DNA of 64,000 bases from an uncultured Candidatus Actinomarina sp. (GCA_902615855.1 CACMQN010000004.1:61672-125671); one strand, 5' to 3'. Shown: positions 30,534 to 41,621, counted from the first letter of the stretch. Notes: generated by a model from the letters alone, not told the origin. Made by a program: numbers and translations.

Positions 30534-31482
30534 TCAAGGCTGCTCCTTTTAAGAGATTGTCACCAACTGCCCAAAAGTTTAGTATTTTATTGCTTGTAAG
30601 ACCGGATCTCATTCTAGAGACTAAGATATTTTTATTTCCTTGAGCATCAAGAGGTGTCGGATAAGTTTCTTTCCAATATTCTACACCTTCAAATGCTTTC
30701 AATGATTCAATAGCAGATTCAACATCAACATCTTTTTCAAATGTTGCAGTACAAAATATACCATGTCCAGTTTCAACCCCTACCCTTGCATTAGATGGTT
30801 CAACATTTAAGTCTGGTATATCTAAAATCTTTTTTGATTCATTAGAAAACTTCATTTCTTCATCTGAGTATCCATTTTCTGTAATATTTCCAGCAATTGG
30901 AATTACATTCTTCGCTATCTGGGATTGATAATATTTTTCATCAGGTGCTGATCCTGGTGTTGAAAGATTAGCAAGTTCATTTTCTAACGATTCAATTGCA
31001 CTCTTGCCTGAACCTGAAACAGCTTGATATGAAACTGGAATAATACTTAATAAATTAAAAATATCGTGTAATGGTTTTAAAGCCATAACAAGGGCCATAG
31101 TTGTACAGTTTGGATTGGCTATAATTTTCGAATCGTTTTTTATTATGTCTTCATTAATACCGTAAACAACAAGAGGAACTGTTTTTTCCATTCTGAAAGA
31201 TGATGAATTATCGATTACGAAAGCGCCTTTGTCTACAAATTGATTTGCAAATTCTCTTGATCTTTCTCCTCCAGCTGAAAATAAAGCAACATCGCATGAC
31301 TCAATATTTTTTGAACTTAATTCTTTAATAGGAACATCTTTTCCGTTAACTTGCAGTGTTTTGCCTTCAGACTCTTTGGATGCATAAAGATGGTATTCAA
31401 CAGAATTGTCAAAATATTCTTCACAGAGCTCAATTATATTTCGCCCTACAAGACCAGTAGCTCCAATTATTGAGATTTTCAT
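30481..31482 (-). CDS. asd: Aspartate-semialdehyde dehydrogenase
   Basis: MKISIIGATGLVGR NAD-binding N-terminus, active-site Cys region, and conserved ask-asd gene order. Confidence 0.93.
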   Translation of the reverse strand: MKISIIGATGLVGRNIIELCEEYFDNSVEYHLYASKESEGKTLQVNGKDVPIKELSSKNIESCDVALFSAGGERSREFANQFVDKGAFVIDNSSSFRMEKTVPLVVYGINEDIIKNDSKIIANPNCTTMALVMALKPLHDIFNLLSIIPVSYQAVSGSGKSAIESLENELANLSTPGSAPDEKYYQSQIAKNVIPIAGNITENGYSDEEMKFSNESKKILDIPDLNVEPSNARVGVETGHGIFCTATFEKDVDVESAIESLKAFEGVEYWKETYPTPLDAQGNKNILVSRMRSGLTSNKILNFWAVGDNLLKGAALNAVQIANYLYKNDFYTK

Positions 31483-32700
31483 TTATGCTTCAATAAATTC
31501 TTTGTGTAATGAGTCTATAGCTTTTTGCATATCATCCTTGTTTACAACACATGAAATTCTTATCGGTGATGTTGAAATCATTGCAATATTAATTTTATTT
31601 TCGCCAAGTATTGAAAACATTTTCGAAGCTATTCCAGACTCAGCTTTCATACCAGCCCCAATTAAAGAAATCCTTGCAATATTTGGATCTGAATCTGCTC
31701 CTTCTGCTTTAAGTTCAGTTGATAAATTTTCTAAGATGTTTTCAACTTCAGACTTTTGCTCTAATGGTGCAGTAAAACTAATATCCGTTTTTGATTCTTT
31801 TGAAACGTTTTGAACAATCATATCTACAATTACACCGTTTTCCGAAAGAGGTCCAAAAACTTTTCCAGCAATGCCTGGTTGATCTGGAACTCCAAATAGT
31901 GTAAATTTGATCTCTTTATCGTTGTGAGTAACTCCACTTACAATTGCTTGTTCCATTACTTTATCCTTTACAATTGTTCCTGAACCTTCACTGAAGGTAG
32001 GTTTTACAATTATTGGTACATTATACCTTCTACCAAATTCTACAGACCTAGCCATTAAAACCCTTGCTCCTGATGAAGCCATTTCCAACATTTCATCATA
32101 TGTTATCTCTTCAATTAGTTTGGCTTTTGTAACTATTCTTGGGTCTGCTGTAAATACACCCTCAACATCTGTATAAATCTCACATTTTTCTGCACCAAGT
32201 GCTGCAGCTAACGCAACTGCTGTAGCATCAGATCCTCCTCTTCCAAGTGTTGTAATCTCTTTAGTTTCTTTATTTACTCCTTGAAAACCAGCGACTATTA
32301 CTATCTTTCCTTCATTAATGCCCTCTTTAACTCTTTCACCAGAAATATTTTCAATCTCCGCCATTCCATGTCTCGACGTTGTAGTTATTCCTGCCTGTGA
32401 ACCTGTTAATGAAAAGGATTCATAACCAAGATTATTTAAATGCATTGCTAGTAGTGACATTGTTATTCTCTCTCCTGCCGATAACAACATATCCATTTCT
32501 CTGGGTGAGGGTGTATCAGATAGTTCATTAGCTAAATCAATTAATTCATCCGTACTTGAACCCATAGCAGAAACAACTACTACAACTTCGTTTCCTTTTG
32601 ATTTACAATCAATTATTTTTTGTGCAACAATTTTTAATGTTTCGGGATTTTCAACACTAGTTCCACCAAATTTTTGTACTATTAAATTCATCTGAAACAT
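31483..32700 (-). CDS. lysC: Aspartate kinase
   Basis: 405 aa. N-terminal VQKFGGTSV, a kinase domain, and two C-terminal ACT domains; sits immediately upstream of asd. Confidence 0.93.
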   Translation of the reverse strand: MFQMNLIVQKFGGTSVENPETLKIVAQKIIDCKSKGNEVVVVVSAMGSSTDELIDLANELSDTPSPREMDMLLSAGERITMSLLAMHLNNLGYESFSLTGSQAGITTTSRHGMAEIENISGERVKEGINEGKIVIVAGFQGVNKETKEITTLGRGGSDATAVALAAALGAEKCEIYTDVEGVFTADPRIVTKAKLIEEITYDEMLEMASSGARVLMARSVEFGRRYNVPIIVKPTFSEGSGTIVKDKVMEQAIVSGVTHNDKEIKFTLFGVPDQPGIAGKVFGPLSENGVIVDMIVQNVSKESKTDISFTAPLEQKSEVENILENLSTELKAEGADSDPNIARISLIGAGMKAESGIASKMFSILGENKINIAMISTSPIRISCVVNKDDMQKAIDSLHKEFIEA

Positions 32701-32747
32701 TCTAATGAGTTTATTAAAGATTTAACAGACCTAGTATTCTAGATTTA

Positions 32748-33626
32748 ATGAGCATTGATCTCCATATTCATTCATCTAATTCTGACGGAACTGACAAAAT
32801 TGAAGATATATTGAATATTGCAATAGAACAACAACTACAAGCTATATCGATAACTGATCACGAGTTTTTATCAGATGTTGAAAACACTAATTTAATTGAA
32901 ATAATTCCAGGAGTTGAAATGAGTGTTAGTTGGTATGACTTAGAGTTAGAAAATCCATTTGCAGGAATTCATTTACTTATTTATTTTTTAAAAAAAGATA
33001 CCTCACTATATGAGTTGCTTTCAAAAATTAGAATTGAAAAGAAAAATAGAAATTATGAAATATTGGAAAAACTAAAAAAAGTAGGTATAGAAATTGAAAG
33101 AAAAGAATTGGATGATCTTGAAACAAAGGTACCGGGTCGTCCTCATATTGCTAATTTGATGAAATCAAAGGGGTACGTGGCTTCACTAAATGAAGCATTT
33201 AAAGAATACTTAGGCAATGGTAAAGTTGGTGATTCTAGAATTCACCAAAACCCAATTGAGGAAGTCATTGATTATGCGAAAGATTCTAAATGTTTGATTT
33301 TTCTTGCACACCCTCACACACTTATGAGTAATAAAGACTATTCTTTTTCAAAAAATTGGTGTGACTCTGTATTTGTAGATCGATTAAAATCATTGAAAAA
33401 TCTTGGTATTCATGGAGTTGAGACATATTATTCAAGTTACTCCAAAACAACTTCAGGCGCATTGAGTGAGATTGCAAACAATATGAATTTATTAAAAAGT
33501 GGTGGTTCTGATTATCACGGTGACAATAAACCTGACATAAATATAGGATTTGGATATGAGAGTAATAAATTAAATATTTCTTATGAACTACTTGAGCTTA
33601 TGAAAGACAAGCATGCAGAATTATAA
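32748..33626 (+). CDS. PHP-domain metal-dependent phosphoesterase
   Basis: HIHSSNSDG N-terminal PHP motif, with further His/Asp metal ligands. Confidence 0.8.
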   Translation: MSIDLHIHSSNSDGTDKIEDILNIAIEQQLQAISITDHEFLSDVENTNLIEIIPGVEMSVSWYDLELENPFAGIHLLIYFLKKDTSLYELLSKIRIEKKNRNYEILEKLKKVGIEIERKELDDLETKVPGRPHIANLMKSKGYVASLNEAFKEYLGNGKVGDSRIHQNPIEEVIDYAKDSKCLIFLAHPHTLMSNKDYSFSKNWCDSVFVDRLKSLKNLGIHGVETYYSSYSKTTSGALSEIANNMNLLKSGGSDYHGDNKPDINIGFGYESNKLNISYELLELMKDKHAEL

Positions 33627-35106
33627 AAAATTAATTGGTCCAATATCAATAATTTCTTTAGCTTATTTAATGAGTAGAATTTTTGGGTTTGTTAGAGAAA
33701 TTTTATTAGCAAATTGGACTGGAGTATCTAATGCATCAGATACTTTGGATTTAGCTTTTGTGATTCCTGATTTTTTATTTTATCTGTCAGCCGGAGGCTA
33801 TCTTGCAATAACATTAATACCTCTTCTCTCAAGGTTTGAAAAAGAAGATGACGATAAGCTAAATACTTATTTTCTTTCACTGCTAAATGGCTTAACGGTT
33901 ATATTTTTAAGTATTTCTATTCTTGGTTTTATTTTTAGATATGAAATAGCAGATATTTTTGGAGTGGTAAATCAAGACCTTTTTGTTAAAGTTTTTACTC
34001 CAATTATTTTTAGTCAAGTTTTTTTCTTTTCGGGTGCAATTATGATGGCATATCAGTATTTTAAAAATGAATTTAAATACGCTGCGATAGCTCCAGTAAT
34101 TTATAATTTGTCAATTATCTTATTTGGCTGGATTTATTCTTCAACTCCAGAAGCTACAGTTTACGGATTTGCGCTAGGTGGTTTGATCGGTTCCTTTTTG
34201 GGTCATATAGTAATTCAATTAATTGGAGTAAGAAGTGTTGGTCTGAGTTATAAATTTATAAAACCAAAAGCTATGTTTTTAAGTCAATATTTTAAAGTAT
34301 CACTTCCTTTGATTGTTGGTCAATCAATTGCAGTCATGGATGAACAATTATTCAGAATATTTGGATCTTTTCTTAGCATAGGAGCAATTGCCTCTTTTAG
34401 ATACGCTAGGAGAGTAGCAATTTTACCTGTGGGAGTTTTAGCCCAAGCTGTAGGTGTTGCAAGTTTTCCAACTTTATCTAACTTATTTGTTAGCAAAAAG
34501 TTTGAAGAGCTTAGAGAATTAATCCGTCGCCAAGTCTCTATTTTATTTTTTCTAAATGTAGCTATAGTTTTGTTTTTTTTCTTTGGTAGCGATGAGGTAG
34601 TGAGTATTGTTTACGAACGTGGAGCGTTTACTAGTAATGATGTCCAACGTGTAAGTTCAATTATGTCAGTTGTATCATTTGCTATCTTACCTTGGTCGAT
34701 CAATCAGATCGTAACTAGATCTTTTTATGTTCAAAGTAAATATTGGTATCCAGTTTTGATAGGTACTTCAGCAACAGTTTTGTCAACTCTACTTGTGTTA
34801 AGTAGTACAAATAAGTCGGAATCAAACTATGCAGTTTTAATTGTTATACCTCTTTTTTTATATTCAATGGTGTTGCTTTTTACATTAAAAATAGGAAATG
34901 AAAAAATTCTAAACAGGGATTTAGCAATTGACTTGAGCATTTCAACATTAATTGGGAGTGCAGTCTTTACATTAATCAGATTCTTATCTGTTAGTGGAAA
35001 TTCAAACATTATGAATTTATTGATTTACCTAACAATTATTGCTTTGGCGTTTATTGTGTCTCTTAATGTAATTAAAATGAAATACATAAAGGTTAGAAAA
35101 GAATAA
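33613..35106 (+). CDS. murJ: Lipid II flippase MurJ (MviN family)
   Basis: 497 aa, 14 TM helices. N-terminal SRIFGFVREILLANWTG and DAF..P MurJ signatures. Confidence 0.85.
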   Translation: MQNYKKLIGPISIISLAYLMSRIFGFVREILLANWTGVSNASDTLDLAFVIPDFLFYLSAGGYLAITLIPLLSRFEKEDDDKLNTYFLSLLNGLTVIFLSISILGFIFRYEIADIFGVVNQDLFVKVFTPIIFSQVFFFSGAIMMAYQYFKNEFKYAAIAPVIYNLSIILFGWIYSSTPEATVYGFALGGLIGSFLGHIVIQLIGVRSVGLSYKFIKPKAMFLSQYFKVSLPLIVGQSIAVMDEQLFRIFGSFLSIGAIASFRYARRVAILPVGVLAQAVGVASFPTLSNLFVSKKFEELRELIRRQVSILFFLNVAIVLFFFFGSDEVVSIVYERGAFTSNDVQRVSSIMSVVSFAILPWSINQIVTRSFYVQSKYWYPVLIGTSATVLSTLLVLSSTNKSESNYAVLIVIPLFLYSMVLLFTLKIGNEKILNRDLAIDLSISTLIGSAVFTLIRFLSVSGNSNIMNLLIYLTIIALAFIVSLNVIKMKYIKVRKE

Positions 35107-35447
35107 TGCAAAAATTTCCACTAAAAAAAGGTCTCTCAGGCGCAGACGAGCTGCATGATGAAATTAACGAATACATAAATGTGCTGATGGGTCATATTAA
35201 TCCACCTATAACTGATGGTGTTGATACTTTATTTGAGGTGAGCAGTACTTATCTTGCCAGGGCAAAAGAGATTGAAATCAAATTGCTAGAAAGAGAAAGA
35301 AATGGAGATGTTCCTTCAGGTGATTCACTTAAAAAATTTAGAACGGGGGAACTAAGAAGTTTTATTGAATTATGTAAAAGTGCCCAAAATCAAGGATCAA
35401 GAAGAATAACAATGGCTTTAAGTGAATTAAATCTAAAAGATAATTAA
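35106..35447 (+). CDS. Hypothetical soluble protein
   Basis: 113 aa with no recognised motif; start is coupled to the murJ stop. Confidence 0.3.
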   Translation: MQKFPLKKGLSGADELHDEINEYINVLMGHINPPITDGVDTLFEVSSTYLARAKEIEIKLLERERNGDVPSGDSLKKFRTGELRSFIELCKSAQNQGSRRITMALSELNLKDN

Positions 35448-36973
35448 CTTAAATCCTCAACGTCAAAAATTTCTTGGGCCGCTGATATGCCGCCCTCTTC
35501 TTTTGTATTAATTGTTTCACTGATATCTATATTTACTAAAGCTTCAATGCCCATGAGTTTTGATACTTCTGATTTAATCAGATCAATTATCTCCGTACTT
35601 TTTTTTAATTCATCAAAAAGAAATTGATTATTTTTATCAACATAAAGGGTTACAACATTATCTTCATTCACTTCAGGTTTCACTGCCGTTAAGTAAGAAA
35701 ATTTTCTTGCTGATAAAGTTTCTTTCAGCAAGTTCAAAATTTTTGGCCAGTAAACATCGAAATCTTCAAGTGATTGTTTATTTTTACTTTTAACCTTTTT
35801 TTCTTTAGGTTTAGATTCATCTTTTGGTTTCTCATCAGTTAGTATTTTTTCTTCTGATTTAGTATCTTCGTCAACACTTCTTGATAAACTAGTTCGTCCT
35901 TCTAGAAGATCAAGTCGGTAACCAATGGATTTTACATCAGAGCCAAATTCTGGCTTAATCAATTTCATCATGAATAATTCAAGTTTTAAATGTTGAGAAT
36001 TTGATGATGGTAAGTTTGAATTAATTTCATCAATCAAATCAAGTATACGAACCAGTTGTTTTGCTGATATTTTTTCATTTGCTTTTTCTAAATTCTTTTT
36101 AAAATCTTCAGTTAAAGATTCGAGTTTTTTATCATCTGGTAAATACTTAAGATAAAACAAATTACGAAAAAATTCTGATATTGAATTTAAAATATCTGTT
36201 GGTTGCAAACCTTTAGCATAAGCTTCTCTTGTGACATTTAAAATTTTACCTGTATCCTGAAACTCGATAGATTCAATTATTTCTTGTATCTCTTCAGAGC
36301 CCAATTTACCAATCAAGCTGAATATATTTTCAACAGTTACTTTTTCTCCAAATGTATTATCTGCTTGCTCAAATAAATTTATTGCATCTCTCAAAGATCC
36401 GTCTGAATAAGTTGCAATAGTTTGAAGAATGTCTTTATTGAAATTTATATTTTCTTTTTTTGAAATTTTTTGTAGTACCTTAATTATTTCTGCTTCAGAA
36501 ATTTTTTTAAATACAACCTGTGTTGTCCTGCTTCTTATGGTTTCAATCACTCTATCTGGCTCAGTTGTTGCAAGTATAAAAATTACGTGTTCGGGTGGTT
36601 CTTCTAATGTCTTAAGGAATGCATTTGACGCTGCATTCGACAACATATGAACTTCATCCAATATAAATATTCTCTTTTTTCCAGGAGAAGTTGCAATGAA
36701 ATTTACACTTTCATTCATATCCCTTATGTCATCGACCTTGTTATGAGAAGCAGCATCAATTTCAGATACGTCGAACACCGGATCACAACCAAGTTCTTTT
36801 GCAATTATGCGTGCAAGTGAAGTCTTGCCCACACCTTTTGGTCCTGAAAATAGGTAAGCATGGCCAATTTTTTTATCCGATATTTGGGAGGAAATTAAAG
36901 AAACCGCCTCATCTTGTCCGACCATCTCTTTTAGATTTGCGGGTCTATATTTTCTATACAATGCTTGTTCCAT
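35444..36973 (-). CDS. dnaX: DNA polymerase III subunit gamma/tau
   Basis: AAA+ clamp-loader motifs GPKGVGKTS, DEVHML and SRT, followed by a low-complexity tau linker. Confidence 0.92.
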   Translation of the reverse strand: MEQALYRKYRPANLKEMVGQDEAVSLISSQISDKKIGHAYLFSGPKGVGKTSLARIIAKELGCDPVFDVSEIDAASHNKVDDIRDMNESVNFIATSPGKKRIFILDEVHMLSNAASNAFLKTLEEPPEHVIFILATTEPDRVIETIRSRTTQVVFKKISEAEIIKVLQKISKKENINFNKDILQTIATYSDGSLRDAINLFEQADNTFGEKVTVENIFSLIGKLGSEEIQEIIESIEFQDTGKILNVTREAYAKGLQPTDILNSISEFFRNLFYLKYLPDDKKLESLTEDFKKNLEKANEKISAKQLVRILDLIDEINSNLPSSNSQHLKLELFMMKLIKPEFGSDVKSIGYRLDLLEGRTSLSRSVDEDTKSEEKILTDEKPKDESKPKEKKVKSKNKQSLEDFDVYWPKILNLLKETLSARKFSYLTAVKPEVNEDNVVTLYVDKNNQFLFDELKKSTEIIDLIKSEVSKLMGIEALVNIDISETINTKEEGGISAAQEIFDVEDLS

Positions 36974-37032
36974 ATATGTAAATGCTAATAGGTTACCCTT
37001 CTATAGTGCACTGAAGAATTAAACTTAGTCAA

Positions 37033-37578
37033 ATGAGAATCGGAGTTGATTTAGACGGTGTTGTTGCAAACTTCACAAAAGGCTGGACTGAATTATATGA
37101 AAAAGAGTTTGGTAAAAAAATATTAGAGGAAGAGATAACTGAATGGGGCCTTTCTAAACCTTTAACACACTTTCAGGAGGAAATAGATTTCTGGAAATGG
37201 GCTAAAGATATCAACGGCTCATCCATTTTTAGAAATCTTGAACTGTACGAAAATGCTGTAGATGTTTTATATGAGCTTTCAAAAGATGGTCATGAGGTAG
37301 TAATTATTTCCTCTAAGCCATGGTGGTCAATACATGATACTTTAATGTGGCTTGGAGAAAATAAAATACCAACAAAAGAAATACACTTTATTGAGGAAAA
37401 GTGGAAGATAGATTGTGACGTATACATAGATGATGCTCCATATCAACTTGATAATTATGTTAAAAACAGGAAAGATAAAACAATTATTAGATTCGTAAGG
37501 TTGTATAACGAACCTATCGAAGGTGTTCACGATTTAAATGATTGGAATGATTTAATCGCTTTATTAAATTCCATTTAA
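37033..37578 (+). CDS. HAD-superfamily 5'(3')-deoxyribonucleotidase-like hydrolase
   Basis: N-terminal DXDGV (GVDLDGVV) and a C-terminal YIDD motif. Confidence 0.7.
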   Translation: MRIGVDLDGVVANFTKGWTELYEKEFGKKILEEEITEWGLSKPLTHFQEEIDFWKWAKDINGSSIFRNLELYENAVDVLYELSKDGHEVVIISSKPWWSIHDTLMWLGENKIPTKEIHFIEEKWKIDCDVYIDDAPYQLDNYVKNRKDKTIIRFVRLYNEPIEGVHDLNDWNDLIALLNSI

Positions 37579-37594
37579 GAATTAATCTAAAATT

Positions 37595-38572
37595 GTGAAT
37601 GATTCTTTCATACTTAGAGACAGAAAATGGAGAGAGACTAACGAGCGCGTTACTTTATCTTCGTACGCAATGTTATCTGAAGAATCAAAAGGTCGTTTTA
37701 AAAAAGAAGATCAAGATCTTTTTAGGACTGTTTTTGAAAGAGATAGGGATAGAATCATACACTCAAAAACATTTAGAAGATTAAAACACAAAACTCAAGT
37801 ATTTATGAACCCGGATGGCGATCATTTTATAACAAGAATGACTCACACGCTAAACGTAACTCAAATTGGTAGATCTATTGCAAAAACTTTAGGCCTAAAT
37901 CCAGATTTAACAGAAGCTATTTGTTTAGGGCACGACGTGGGACATTCTCCTTTTGGACACACTGGTGAGGAAGTTTTGAACGATATGCTTGATGGCGGTT
38001 GGAGTCATTCTGAAAATTCTGTAAAAATGCTCTCAATTATTGAACCTTTAAATCTAACAAAAGAAACTATTAATGGAATAGAAAAACATCCTTGGAAATA
38101 TGAAGAACCTCCATTTACTAATGAAGGCTTAATTTGTAGATACGCTGATAGGATTGCATATCTTTCACACGATGTTGAAGATGCAATAAGAGCTGGTGTG
38201 CTAAATGAAAGTCAAATACCAAAAAGCATTACTTCTGAACTTGGTAGTCCAGGTAAAACTTGGATAAATTCACTTATTTCAGGTATTTTTAAAGCCTCGT
38301 CTGAAGGTAACCTTCGTATGGATGATGAGATTTTGAATATTATGAACAATTTAAGAGAGTTTATGTTTGAAAAAGTATATCTCAGAGATGAAACAAAAAA
38401 GGAAAGAGCGGAAGCTAAAAAAGTTGTTGAAAAACTAGTTTCAAATTTTACGAATAATCCAAACTTACTACCTGAACAATATAGGACTGCTCAATCAGAA
38501 CTTGAAAATGCCGTAGATTATGTGGCAGGTATGACGGATAGATTTGCCCTGAAGGAATTTAACAAGTTATAA
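37595..38572 (+). CDS. dGTPase-like HD-domain triphosphohydrolase
   Basis: HSKTFRRLKHKTQVF, HTLNVTQIGRSIA, GHDVGHSPFGH (the HD motif), and a C-terminal YVAGMTDRFA. Confidence 0.85.
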   Translation: MNDSFILRDRKWRETNERVTLSSYAMLSEESKGRFKKEDQDLFRTVFERDRDRIIHSKTFRRLKHKTQVFMNPDGDHFITRMTHTLNVTQIGRSIAKTLGLNPDLTEAICLGHDVGHSPFGHTGEEVLNDMLDGGWSHSENSVKMLSIIEPLNLTKETINGIEKHPWKYEEPPFTNEGLICRYADRIAYLSHDVEDAIRAGVLNESQIPKSITSELGSPGKTWINSLISGIFKASSEGNLRMDDEILNIMNNLREFMFEKVYLRDETKKERAEAKKVVEKLVSNFTNNPNLLPEQYRTAQSELENAVDYVAGMTDRFALKEFNKL

Positions 38573-39388
38573 CTATTGTCCTTTAAACTTAGGATCTCTC
38601 TTTTCCATTCTTGCAAAAATTCCCTCTTTCAAATCTTCAGAACTAAGGAATGAAGTACTCCACATTCTTACAAGATCTAATGACTGATCAGATGTTAATT
38701 CCTCACCTTTATCAAGGATCATTTTTACACCTCTCATAACTAATGGTGAGTTTGATGCAATCTCGTTTGCTAATTCCATAGCTCCGCTGATAAGTTCTTC
38801 ATGGGTTTCAAAAATATGATTTACAAATCCAATCTGTTTTGCATATTCACCATCAAAAGTTTTGCCGGTGTATGCTAATTCTCTTAGTAGGCCCTTTGAG
38901 ATAATTTTAGGCATTCTTTGCAAAGCCCCAACATCGGCTACTAATCCAAGCTTTGATTCACCAATTGAAAATTGAGCATCTTTTGTTGAAAGCCTAATGT
39001 CACAAGATGCCACTAAGTTTGTGGCACCTCCAATACTAAATCCTTGAATTGCAGCTATTGTTGGTTTCTGTGTTTTTGCAACAGTAGTTATAGCATCTTG
39101 AAATTTTTTTGTAACCTCCATAATTTCAATTCTTTCTTTTGCATTAGTTTTTAAATCTTCATTTAAATCAAAAGCTTCTACAAGTAAATTTATATCTATG
39201 CCTGCAGAAAACGTATCTCCTTTTGCTGCAATAAGAATTACTCTTACCTCGTCACTCTCATCTAATTCTTTGACTAATTCTGGAAGTCCAAACCATAGTT
39301 CATCATTTAAGGCATTTTTTTTCTCGGGACGATTTAACCAAATTATCCCAATATTATCTTTTATTTCTGAAAATATTTTTTTATCCAT
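38573..39388 (-). CDS. Enoyl-CoA hydratase/isomerase (crotonase) family protein
   Basis: Crotonase-fold motifs FSAGIDI and GFSIGGA. Confidence 0.85.
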   Translation of the reverse strand: MDKKIFSEIKDNIGIIWLNRPEKKNALNDELWFGLPELVKELDESDEVRVILIAAKGDTFSAGIDINLLVEAFDLNEDLKTNAKERIEIMEVTKKFQDAITTVAKTQKPTIAAIQGFSIGGATNLVASCDIRLSTKDAQFSIGESKLGLVADVGALQRMPKIISKGLLRELAYTGKTFDGEYAKQIGFVNHIFETHEELISGAMELANEIASNSPLVMRGVKMILDKGEELTSDQSLDLVRMWSTSFLSSEDLKEGIFARMEKRDPKFKGQ

Positions 39389-39422
39389 ACTTACCTAACT
39401 TCTATCTTACTAAAATAACAAA

Positions 39423-40082
39423 ATGGATGTATTTGAAGCTCTCTATACAACAAGGGCTATGCGAAGGGTGAAAGAAGATCCTATCCCAGATGAAATTATA
39501 AAATCAATGATTGACTCAGCAATTCGTGCACCAAGCGGATCAAACAGACAAGACTGGAGATTCCTTGCTGTAACTGATCAGAAAGTCCGAAATCAATTAG
39601 CAAATATCTACAGAGAAACATGGGACTACTATGTTAAATCTTTCTATAATAGTTCATCAGATTTGGGTGCTTCGAATTTAAAAAACAAAGAACAAATTGA
39701 ATCAGTTCGAAGAATTAGTAATTCCGCAAGTTGGTTAGCTGAAAATTATGATAAAGTTCCACTTTTGGTTTTAGCATTTTCAAGAAATGATCCAACTGGG
39801 TCGTCAATTTATCCTGCTATATGGAGTTTAATGCTTGCGGCAAGGAGTCATGGAATAGGTACTTGCCTAACAACTGTTATGAGTTTTAAAACCGAAGAAG
39901 TTTATGAAGTATTAGATATTCCAGCTGATAAAGGATGGGCCTTAAATGCAACCATCACCGCAGGCTATCCCCTTGGAAAATGGGGAGTTGCGGAGAGAAA
40001 ACCTGTTGAAGAAGTTACTTTCCTAAATAAATGGGGTCAGTCACCAGATTGGAATTTAACTGAACCACTATGGAATTATTAA
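39423..40082 (+). CDS. Nitroreductase-family protein
   Basis: RAMRRVKEDPIP..APSGSNRQDWRFLAV FMN-binding signature. Confidence 0.85.
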   Translation: MDVFEALYTTRAMRRVKEDPIPDEIIKSMIDSAIRAPSGSNRQDWRFLAVTDQKVRNQLANIYRETWDYYVKSFYNSSSDLGASNLKNKEQIESVRRISNSASWLAENYDKVPLLVLAFSRNDPTGSSIYPAIWSLMLAARSHGIGTCLTTVMSFKTEEVYEVLDIPADKGWALNATITAGYPLGKWGVAERKPVEEVTFLNKWGQSPDWNLTEPLWNY

Positions 40083-41413
40083 GAACATCCATCAGCTTGT
40101 TTTCCAAGCTTTTTATATACTTTACATAGGTCAAAAACAGTTGCGGATGTATTAATAGATGGTGTTCCCTGATTTGTAGATACTCCAACTTTTCTTTTTG
40201 TATCTATTGATACCGCGTAAGGACACTCACCAACTTGAATATTTAGAACATGCGTTAGAGATTGCAAATCAACAACTCCAATTGCATCTGCATTAGGTAG
40301 GGCAGCAAAGAGTAGGTCGTTAGTCTCATCAACCCACAAACCCCATGGAATTTTGTTGTTAGCAAATCTAATTACTTCTATGGCTTCCAAATTATTTTCA
40401 TCAATAACAATCAATCCAGTTGCAGAAGATTGTGTATTTGCCTGAAATAATCTTCCGGTTTTGCTCTGTCGAGTTAACATATTGTTTCCACCAAATTCAG
40501 ATCCATACTTTTGTTTTGGAATTCCTGTTTTAATAACTTCATTAGTTTTAATGTCTACAACTGTGATTTGGCCATCTCCAACAGAGGAGAAATATATCAA
40601 ATCATTCTCCTGATCAACAGCCATTCCGTGGGCACCTGGTGATGATTCGAAGTTTGTTTCTATTTCAAGTGTATCCACATTTAAAATGCTCGAATATTTT
40701 TGTTGATTTATATCCTCGGAAGATTTAAAAGTGTTTCCAATCACCATTTTTCCAGTTGAAAAATCAAGTCCACCTTGGTGAGGCTTTCCACCAATATTAA
40801 TTGTATTAATTATTGCTCCGTTTTCTAAATTATGAGTCGTTACCGTCCCATCACCTGAACCCATAACATAAACAAATCCTCTTTCTGAGTCAACTGTTGG
40901 CCAGATTGGAGATCCACCAGTTTTTACTGAAAATATTTCAACACCATTTATAGGATTTATAGCACTAAGCTCGCCTCCGCCGATTGGCTCACCTCCTAGC
41001 CCTACGTCTCCTTCACATCCGCTAATTATTGAACCGTTTAGACCTATGTACATATACCCAGTGGTGGTGTCAAGGGAGATACCCTCAGCACCTCTTACAT
41101 TTCTGCCTCCACCTAAGATAATTGTATTTAACGTTACATTAATGTTTTCTACTTTTGTTTGATTTATATTTCCTTGTGGTTGTGGTGAATTGTTTCCAGG
41201 AGATATTGGATTGCCCTGAGGATCACAGGTTGCTGTATTTACAGGCTCACATTTTTCACTTTCATTTTGCTTTTCCTGGTTGTTTGTTGGTGCCATCGTA
41301 GTTGTTGGTGCCATCGTAGTTGTTGGTGCCATCGTAGTTGTTACTAAGTTTTCTGATGATCCTTGAGAACAAGCGACAATTAAACTTATTAATAGAATAA
41401 GGTACTTTTTCAT
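40079..41413 (-). CDS. Secreted lipoprotein with a (TTTMAP)x3 linker and YVTN-type beta-propeller repeats
   Basis: Lipobox LISLIVACSQ, three perfect TTTMAP repeats, a Pro/Gln/Asn-rich linker, then repeated G-x-x-G beta-propeller blades. Confidence 0.6.
   Translation of the reverse strand: MKKYLILLISLIVACSQGSSENLVTTTMAPTTTMAPTTTMAPTNNQEKQNESEKCEPVNTATCDPQGNPISPGNNSPQPQGNINQTKVENINVTLNTIILGGGRNVRGAEGISLDTTTGYMYIGLNGSIISGCEGDVGLGGEPIGGGELSAINPINGVEIFSVKTGGSPIWPTVDSERGFVYVMGSGDGTVTTHNLENGAIINTINIGGKPHQGGLDFSTGKMVIGNTFKSSEDINQQKYSSILNVDTLEIETNFESSPGAHGMAVDQENDLIYFSSVGDGQITVVDIKTNEVIKTGIPKQKYGSEFGGNNMLTRQSKTGRLFQANTQSSATGLIVIDENNLEAIEVIRFANNKIPWGLWVDETNDLLFAALPNADAIGVVDLQSLTHVLNIQVGECPYAVSIDTKRKVGVSTNQGTPSINTSATVFDLCKVYKKLGKQADGCS
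41289..41342 (-). repeat. 3 x 18-bp perfect tandem repeat (GGTGCCATCGTAGTTGTT) encoding the TTTMAP repeats
   Basis: Seen directly in the sequence, in-frame within the lipoprotein CDS. Confidence 0.9.
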
Positions 41414-41454
41414 ACGCTTATGATAATTGTCACTTTTGAAATAATCTATTAAAG

Positions 41455-41528
<74 letters not shown>

Positions 41529-41529
41529 T

Positions 41530-41621
<92 letters not shown>

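Noticed and set aside
41289-41342. Perfect tandem repeats considered as a possible CRISPR or minisatellite locus.
   Set aside because: There are only three contiguous 18-bp units with no spacers, in-frame within a lipoprotein CDS, and no cas genes in the window.
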